Assembly (NCBI GenBank): GCA_010405405.1
Contig: MU004232.1
Coordinates: 825,481 to 889,480 of the forward strand
From: Microthyrium microscopicum
Taxonomy: Eukaryota
Length of the DNA stretch: 64,000 nucleotides
Direction: 5' to 3'
A model generated the notes under the pieces. The model searched no databases and had not been told where the DNA came from. It saw nothing but the letters and a program-made list of their open reading frames with translations. This document shows, in pieces, positions 57,404 to 64,000 of this stretch (within the stretch, counting starts at the first letter, position 1; every line of letters starts with the position of its first letter). A program made the translations under genes and the position numbers.

Positions 57404-58399
57404 GGCTGATAGGCGATTTGTGGAACTGGTCTGTCGTGGAAAAAGTCTGAGAGTTTGGAGATGGTGCTGGCGAATGAAGCTCCCCACATTGAGGATCCAA
57501 AAGGCTTTAGCGCTCGGGCCACTTTGACCTCCAACTCGACCTCCTTCCTCTTTTGAATGCTGTGTTTACCGCTTTGTACGTTCTGCGACAGGGTAGAAAC
57601 TCAGCTTACAGAAGACCAAGAAGAGCTTCCGGCTTTTGAATGAATATCGAGAAACGTGGAGGGCTGTCTCGAGAGATCATGAACCCGGGGTTCCCAACCA
57701 CATGAACCAGTAGACAGCATGATCGACCGACACCCCAACAGTTTACTATCATGCTTCAGAGGTGGGCTCATCGGGATAGTTGTGTCGAAGCTCTTTGATG
57801 AGGTTCTGCATGATAATAATTAGTCTCATGTCAGGAGCATAGAGTGCAATTGTATACCGCTAGAGCTTCCGGATTCACACCTCGTTGAATAAGCGAAACA
57901 CAGGCAGCAAGCTGTTTACGAGACAGATGAGTGTTCTATTTGTATGTTAGATAGCGAAACAATCGGCCTAGTTCCTCGGCTTACCAGAATGGATGAGATA
58001 TCGGCAATGATATCGAGTGCTTCGCGCGCAGCAAGCTGCTTTTTCTGATCTTGCTCTTGGCCTGGCATCGTGGGTCTATTTCCGTTGGTGGCGAAGTCCC
58101 TATATTGTGATGATAAGTCTCCTCAGAAGACCGTGAACAATTCGTTGGAAAAGATTTTTGGTCAAGTTGTTGTAGTTGAAGCGATGGTCGAGCTTCATAC
58201 AGCTCTTTCAGATATCTCCAAATTGACAAGGATCACGTGGAGACGCGTCAAACATCAATCGACCTACGATTTCTTTGCTGCATCTCCTTTAAGATATCCT
58301 GGAATTTACAATAAGCCCAAAATTTGGCATTCGAAGAGCAGAACGGATGCGCGTCAGTAGAAATGTACGCGACCTGACAGTCAAATCGCTGTCGCCAAA

Positions 58400-60670
58400 A
58401 TGCTTCACGAAATCTTGCTATCCCTTTCGGGACACCCCTCACCATTATTTCAGGATGGAGTCACCAAAAACGGAGAGTTTCCAATGCTATCGCCATCGGA
58501 GAAAGAGCTATTGAAGAAAATCGGTCGATTATCAATACTACACCAAAACATCCGGAAAACCATAGCTCTCATCGCAAGCAGCCACAGCTCACCCATATGC
58601 AAAGCTGTCGCAACGACCATAGAAAGCTACCACCTATCCAACTTTCAAAAGAAGATACTAGAAGTTGAAGAAGCCATACTCCAGCGAGATTCTGCGGTAG
58701 TCGGAGCCTACAACATCGTCCCCCTCGCGACAATTGTCACCGAATTCGATGGCTGGCATCGGCTTATGGAATGGCTATGGGAGGCCACAATCTTCATAGC
58801 GCCTAGTAAACGAGAACCTCATGGCTGTAATGGGCCAGATCTTATCAATAGGTTACGGAACAGCGCGCAGACTGGATTTCCTGATATTGAGGATGCGGCT
58901 ATTCAGCTGTCGAAAGTTGCTGAAGCTGCTTGGCTGAGACAGCTTGCGAAATGGGTACTTTATGGACAATTACCCGAATCTGGCTCGTCAGATTTTCTTA
59001 TACAGCCTGGTATCACAGAAAATCGTTCTCCAACACAGTATGAGATAATTCAGCAGCGAAGACCTGTCTTCGTATCAAATGAAACGGCAACTTCAATATT
59101 GTTCGTTGGTCAGGCCTTGCATCAGATCAGCTCTCGATCACAAGAAAACTCCACCGCAACGCGAGTAAAGCCTCGTATTGAACTACTTCCAGCTCATCAA
59201 AAGATGTTATCGTCTCTGAGATTACCAATATCTTCGCCTCACCTCTCAGAATCAGTGCGTGAAATACGACTATCGCTTTCTCGGAACATATTACAAAAGT
59301 TATTACCTGTTAGCGAAGTCATCCGCCTGTTGACGTTACTTCGGGAGTTCTTTCTACTCGGTCAAGGTGAATTTGCTTTGAGTATCATCCGCGAAGCCGA
59401 CGATCGGGTGGCCGCCAGGACACGACAATACGAGCAGAAGCCAGGCAAGGATGGTCTTCAAGGTTTAGTCATGAAAGACGCCGAATTAACTGCCATCTTG
59501 ACCAAGACCTGGACTCACCTGTCCAGCCTGATAGGAAATGATGACGATGATGCCCATGACCTGCTTGAAATGGGTAGAGATCTTATAACTCTGTCCATCG
59601 GACGCAATACAAACAATTCAAGGAAAGACAAGTCAACCATTGATGACCCATCCAGTAAAAGCCATTTCAGCAACTTCATACTTCCCATCCCAACATCACT
59701 CGATCTCAGCATAACACAACCCTTTGATCTGTTCATCTCCCAGTCAGAAATCCAAACATACTCCGCACTCAACGCTTACCTCCTCGCTATCCGACGCGGT
59801 CACATGCACATCGCTGACCTGTGGAAGCAATCATCCATCCGTCGAGATCACCCAACACCACTAGGTCCACCCAAAAGCTGTACGACTGCCGGCCAACGAA
59901 TCCTCCAGAAACGTCGTGAACGCTCCCATGCCCGCTATGTCGAGATGCGCAAGGTCTGGGCCACCTGCCATGCAGTCCTCTTCCTCCTGAACGAGCTAGG
60001 CGAGTACTTTGCTGGACAAGTTCTACCTGCCATGTGGGATGACTTGCTGGCATACATCACCAATGAACCAACATCCGCTGCAACGTCTCACAGCACCCTT
60101 TCATCGCGTCCACCCACAGCCAACTCATCACAACCACCCAATATTCTACCTCCCAGTACCCCATCTCAACAACCAGCCCATGATCCTGCAACCCTGTCAA
60201 CCGCCCACCGCATCTTTCTCACTGCCCTCTCCCACGCCCTCCTATACACGGACACTCCCTTCCTCTCGGCCCTGACAACGCTCCTGCACGCCATCGATGA
60301 TATGATCGCACAGATCATGCGCCTTCAGACCGTTCAGCGAAATATGGATCTAGAAGAGGACGAAGGTGTCTTTGATGCCATGGAGAACTATGTGGCTGAG
60401 GCCGCAGAGTGTGCGGTCGAGTTAGATCGTGCGCGAAAGAGGGTCGATTCTGGAGCAAGGGCAGTCGTGGGAAGACTGAAGGAGTTAAGTGCTGGCGACG
60501 GATTGAATGGCGTTGTATCTGGTATCGGTGGTATAGGCTTAGGTAATATGGGTGTAGGCAAGATTGATGGCGATGGTTATAGACCCGTGGTTGGGGGTAA
60601 GATTGAGTGGTTGATTATGAAGTTGGAGTTTGGACGGGATCAGGAGGACGGGGAGTGGGAGGAGGATTGA
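58400..60670 (+). CDS. GCP4: Gamma-tubulin complex component, GCP4-like (Spc97/Spc98 family), intronless
   Basis: MLHEILLSLSGHPSPLF start, WLRQLAKWVLYGQLP, SILFVG, REFFLLGQGEFA, PFDLFIS...YS.LNAYLL. Confidence 0.85.
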   Translation: MLHEILLSLSGHPSPLFQDGVTKNGEFPMLSPSEKELLKKIGRLSILHQNIRKTIALIASSHSSPICKAVATTIESYHLSNFQKKILEVEEAILQRDSAVVGAYNIVPLATIVTEFDGWHRLMEWLWEATIFIAPSKREPHGCNGPDLINRLRNSAQTGFPDIEDAAIQLSKVAEAAWLRQLAKWVLYGQLPESGSSDFLIQPGITENRSPTQYEIIQQRRPVFVSNETATSILFVGQALHQISSRSQENSTATRVKPRIELLPAHQKMLSSLRLPISSPHLSESVREIRLSLSRNILQKLLPVSEVIRLLTLLREFFLLGQGEFALSIIREADDRVAARTRQYEQKPGKDGLQGLVMKDAELTAILTKTWTHLSSLIGNDDDDAHDLLEMGRDLITLSIGRNTNNSRKDKSTIDDPSSKSHFSNFILPIPTSLDLSITQPFDLFISQSEIQTYSALNAYLLAIRRGHMHIADLWKQSSIRRDHPTPLGPPKSCTTAGQRILQKRRERSHARYVEMRKVWATCHAVLFLLNELGEYFAGQVLPAMWDDLLAYITNEPTSAATSHSTLSSRPPTANSSQPPNILPPSTPSQQPAHDPATLSTAHRIFLTALSHALLYTDTPFLSALTTLLHAIDDMIAQIMRLQTVQRNMDLEEDEGVFDAMENYVAEAAECAVELDRARKRVDSGARAVVGRLKELSAGDGLNGVVSGIGGIGLGNMGVGKIDGDGYRPVVGGKIEWLIMKLEFGRDQEDGEWEED

Positions 60671-60851
60671 TTGATATGGGATTTCGAAGGTCTTGTGCGA
60701 CTGTATAACAAGAGCTCCGACTTTATGATGAATGAAGATGATATATTATATGCAAAACGTTCCTATTTAGTGCTATGTACGAGTTTCGTCGCTTCCAAGA
60801 AAGTACTCCATATCATAGCCGTACATGTCAAGCATTCTCAATCCATATTGT

Positions 60852-62570
60852 CTACAATTTAGCGTGAGGTTTCTCTTCAGCGGCGATTGCTAACCCAGCT
60901 GCTCTACCACTGAATATACAGCCTGTGAGAAACGTGCCTTCTAGAGCATTATATCCATGGACTCCTCCGCCGCCGAATCCAGCTACTTCACCCGCAGCGT
61001 ATAGACCTGGGAAGACCTGGCCATTCGGCTGCAGAACCTGGCTTTGTAGATTCGTCTGTAGACCACCCAGAGTCTTACGGGTCAAGATATTCATCCTCAC
61101 AGCCACAAGCGGCCCAAACTTTGGATCCAGTATGCGATGAAGTTTAGCCGTACGAGCCAATCTGTCTCCACGGAATTTGAGTGAATTCTGAATCAGCATA
61201 ATCTGAGCGTCCTTAACAAAGGGATGGTCTAGCTGCCCATCTCGCTCTTCCAAGATCTTGCGGATCTCGGCATGACCAAGGTGAGGAGCGCCATCGCGTT
61301 GTAATTTGTTCATACCATCAACTAGCCCTTCCAGGTCTTTGCTAACGACAAAGTCTTCTCCGTGCTCTTGAAACTTCCGGACTGGTTCTTGACCACCGGT
61401 AAGTCGCTTGAGGAGAAGCCATATTGACTTTTCTGTGATATCGGGGTTTTGCTCAGAGCCGGACAGTGAAAACTCCTTTTGTAGGATGGTCTGGTTCAGG
61501 ACGAACCAGCTGTAATCGTGTCCAGTACTGAGGATTCGTTTTAGTGTGCCTAGTGTATCGCAGCCTGGAAAGAAGGGTGGCTCCAATCTCTTGCCAAATG
61601 CATCCAGCCATATCGACGATGGTCCTGGTATGACTCTAATTCCATGATTTGGCCATATCGAATTCCAATTGTTCATACCTTCCGTATAATGCCACATGCG
61701 GTCCTTATTCACCACGCTCGCACCAACCTCTTCCGCGATCTTTATCATCCGGCCATCAACATGCGCCGGGACTCCGGTTACAAACGTACTCGGCACCTTT
61801 CCACCCATTCTCTCCACTGGCCACATCTCCTTGATAAGCTCCACATTCGCGCCAATACCACCGCTCGTCACTACCACCGCTCGTCCCCTATACTCAAACG
61901 AATCCACAACAGTCCTCGAACTCGCCACTCCGCGCTCCACAGAACTCTCCTCCAAGATACTCCCTCTCACGCCAACCGCGCGCCCAGATGAATCTTTCAA
62001 TATAGTGTCCACACGATGCCGAAACCTCATCTCCACACCCTGTCCCTCCTTCTTCCCAACCGGCTCCGCAAAAACCCTCACAACCTCCGGCCCACACCCC
62101 CAAGCCAGATGAAATCTCGGCACACTATTTCCATGCCCGCCCGCCCTCCCATCTCCTCTTTCCGCCCAGCCTGCCGTCGGCATAAACCGCATGCCCAAAT
62201 CATTCAAGTATGACTTCATCCCGCCTGCAGAAAACTTGACATACTCCTCCGCCCACTCCGCCGCGTATTTATCCTGGTCCTCCAAACGATCGAATTGTGC
62301 TGAGTTGAACCAGTCCGACCTCGCTAGTGCCAGAGAGTCTTTCACGCCCATCCATCGCTGCTGCGGCGTGTCGATGAGAAATATACCGCCCAAAGACCAG
62401 AACGCTTGGCCACCGAGGGAGGCGCGGGGCTCTTGGTCGAGGAGGAGGACGGGGATATGGGCGAGGGCGAGTTCATGGGCGGCTACGAGGCCTGCTAAGC
62501 CGGCGCCGATTATTATTACGGGGTCGGCGGAGGTGGGGAGGGAGGCTGTTGATGACGACTTGGAAGACAT
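60852..62570 (-). CDS. KsdD-like FAD-binding dehydrogenase (FAD_binding_2 family) with PTS1 (-AKL), intronless
   Basis: IIGAGLAGLVAA, LGGQAFWSLGG, WAERG...GHGNSVPRFH, DRMWHYTEG, HGIRVIPGPSS, LTRKTLGGL, GLYAAGEVAGFGGGGVHGYNALEGTFL. Confidence 0.92.
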   Translation of the reverse strand: MSSKSSSTASLPTSADPVIIIGAGLAGLVAAHELALAHIPVLLLDQEPRASLGGQAFWSLGGIFLIDTPQQRWMGVKDSLALARSDWFNSAQFDRLEDQDKYAAEWAEEYVKFSAGGMKSYLNDLGMRFMPTAGWAERGDGRAGGHGNSVPRFHLAWGCGPEVVRVFAEPVGKKEGQGVEMRFRHRVDTILKDSSGRAVGVRGSILEESSVERGVASSRTVVDSFEYRGRAVVVTSGGIGANVELIKEMWPVERMGGKVPSTFVTGVPAHVDGRMIKIAEEVGASVVNKDRMWHYTEGMNNWNSIWPNHGIRVIPGPSSIWLDAFGKRLEPPFFPGCDTLGTLKRILSTGHDYSWFVLNQTILQKEFSLSGSEQNPDITEKSIWLLLKRLTGGQEPVRKFQEHGEDFVVSKDLEGLVDGMNKLQRDGAPHLGHAEIRKILEERDGQLDHPFVKDAQIMLIQNSLKFRGDRLARTAKLHRILDPKFGPLVAVRMNILTRKTLGGLQTNLQSQVLQPNGQVFPGLYAAGEVAGFGGGGVHGYNALEGTFLTGCIFSGRAAGLAIAAEEKPHAKL

Positions 62571-63216
62571 GTTGGAGCAAGGTTAATGTTGGTGAGAGGG
62601 GAGAGGAGTTGGTGGTATGCTGGTGGTGGGTTGGAGATGTAGAGTGGTGATCCAGATCCAGATCTTGATCTGGTGGGAGTTGGGGTTGAGGGTGGGTAGT
62701 GGCGGTAGGCTTATATCGTGAAGGTAGATTGTTGGTACATATATTACAATGAAACGCAGGCGGATAGATTATATGAGCTCTGTATTGTGGCGGAACTGGA
62801 TAAGAATAGTTGTTTAGAAAGCTCGGCGGGATGTCGAAGTGGAGATGGTAGGCTGGCCCGGATGGCATGGGGGGATGGTTGCAGGAGCTTGAGCCCTGGG
62901 TGTGGAGGGCGCTATTCGACCATGGTTCGTTCTGCGGTACGAATATGTTAATTCTACCAAGTGAAATCTGACTCTATTTGACAAAGGAATTGCTACACGG
63001 CACATCTGGAGATTGTTTTCTTTTACGGCTGCTTCGCGCACTATGCACAGAACTATCACAGCTGATAGCTTAGTCCTCTCGACCCGCATGCTATCAATCG
63101 AATGGTTAAGATTGGCTGGGCATTTTGCCAGTTGTGGTATTGTAGTCCGCTTCATGCCAAATATATACATTTCATACTACACAACGACCTGGAAGCTTGC
63201 CCATAGACCTGTAGCT

Positions 63217-64000
63217 CTACTTCGTCCTCACGATCTTCAGCTTCCCAGGTACATGCGTAAAGTTGTTCGCGTACGCCTTGACCACAAACTTGCGAGCATT
63301 CGGTTCCTGAACGAAGTATTCATAGCCCTGCTTCTCTGCGAATCTGATCGCATCCTCCTTACTCTTGAAACCTATTCGCTCGCCCTGCATGAAATCACCT
63401 GTTGATTGCCATCCCATCAAAGGATTCTCCCACCGATGACCTTTTGGAAGTGGGTCCCAATCCATGAGCCAGGCCATGCCGTGCCATGTACCGGATTGCG
63501 TTGCTGGTTTAGCTGGTTTAAATATTCTAGACAGGTCAGTCCACATCCGAGAGCATTGGGGCGGAGATATGTACCTGACCGTCCGGGCTTGGAGGTCGAC
63601 TGGCGCGCCTGACACTACGGCTGCTGGAACAGTGTCACCGGGCTCGCTGCCGTCCACGACTCGTAGTGGGATAGGTGTGAATTGACTGCTATATGTTAGT
63701 CGGCTTCTGTTTTGGCGGGGAGTAAACTGACGAAGTTCGATAGTCTACAACGGCATTGTAGTCTAAACTGTGCTTGGGCATTTGATCTTGGGCTAAATCA
63801 TCTCGTATTAAGCCCTTTCTTTGTTCCTGTGGCGACTCGGCTCTTTGAGTGACCTCATGCGCTGAAGCTGCAGTCTGGTTGCTGCCTTTGACTGATGGTT
63901 GATTGGGAGTCGTCGAATTGCGGCGGATCTGCACTGCTGAGACTCTCGAGGAGCTTTGAATAGAGCAAACTGTAAGCAGCCTCGAGGCTACAGGTCTAGT
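63217..64000 (-). CDS. NDUFS4: Complex I subunit NDUFS4 (fungal 21-kDa subunit); 5' end lies beyond the window
   Basis: SGAPVDLQARTVR|IFKPAKPATQSG, RWENPLMGWQSTGDFMQG, FKSKEDAIRFAEKQGYEYFV, KLKIVRTK. Confidence 0.95.

Noticed and set aside
57740..57820. Short inverted repeat TATCATGC/GCATGATA enclosing TGATGA, possible snoRNA
   Set aside because: Box C/D order and spacing are not satisfied and no guide sequence is recognisable.
1..64000. CRISPR arrays, rRNA genes, intact tRNA genes, transposase or RT ORFs
   Set aside because: None seen by eye; a covariance-model scan would be needed to exclude small RNAs.

Overview
Eukaryotic, intron-containing DNA from a filamentous ascomycete (Pezizomycotina; short GT-AG introns with CTRAY branch sites). 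The left third is accessory-like: aryl-alcohol dehydrogenase / phenol-monooxygenase divergent pair, ATR1/AMF1-type MFS transporter, caleosin, an SH3-containing DUF7514-like protein, GH128, two HET-domain genes, a bacterial-looking GNAT and a secreted GH43-like protein. Housekeeping genes follow (DIB1, SEC1, DUF2985 protein, SUV3, NOP4, DHAP/G3P acyltransferase, PMP3/SNA-like, DUF1763-like, CCDC25, GCP4, KsdD-like dehydrogenase, partial NDUFS4). The most striking structure is at 38.4-42.7 kb: a tandem array of four tiny (51-73 aa) Cys/His-rich genes with divergent proteins but conserved promoter, 5'-leader, 5'-UTR intron and 3'-UTR motifs. Also seen: a probable one-nucleotide exon in CCDC25, two copies of a ~196 bp MITE-like element, a probably GPI-anchored KP4-domain protein, and a carbohydrate-binding module cut off from its gene by stops. 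All gene models, alignments and family calls were made by eye; no database search was run.
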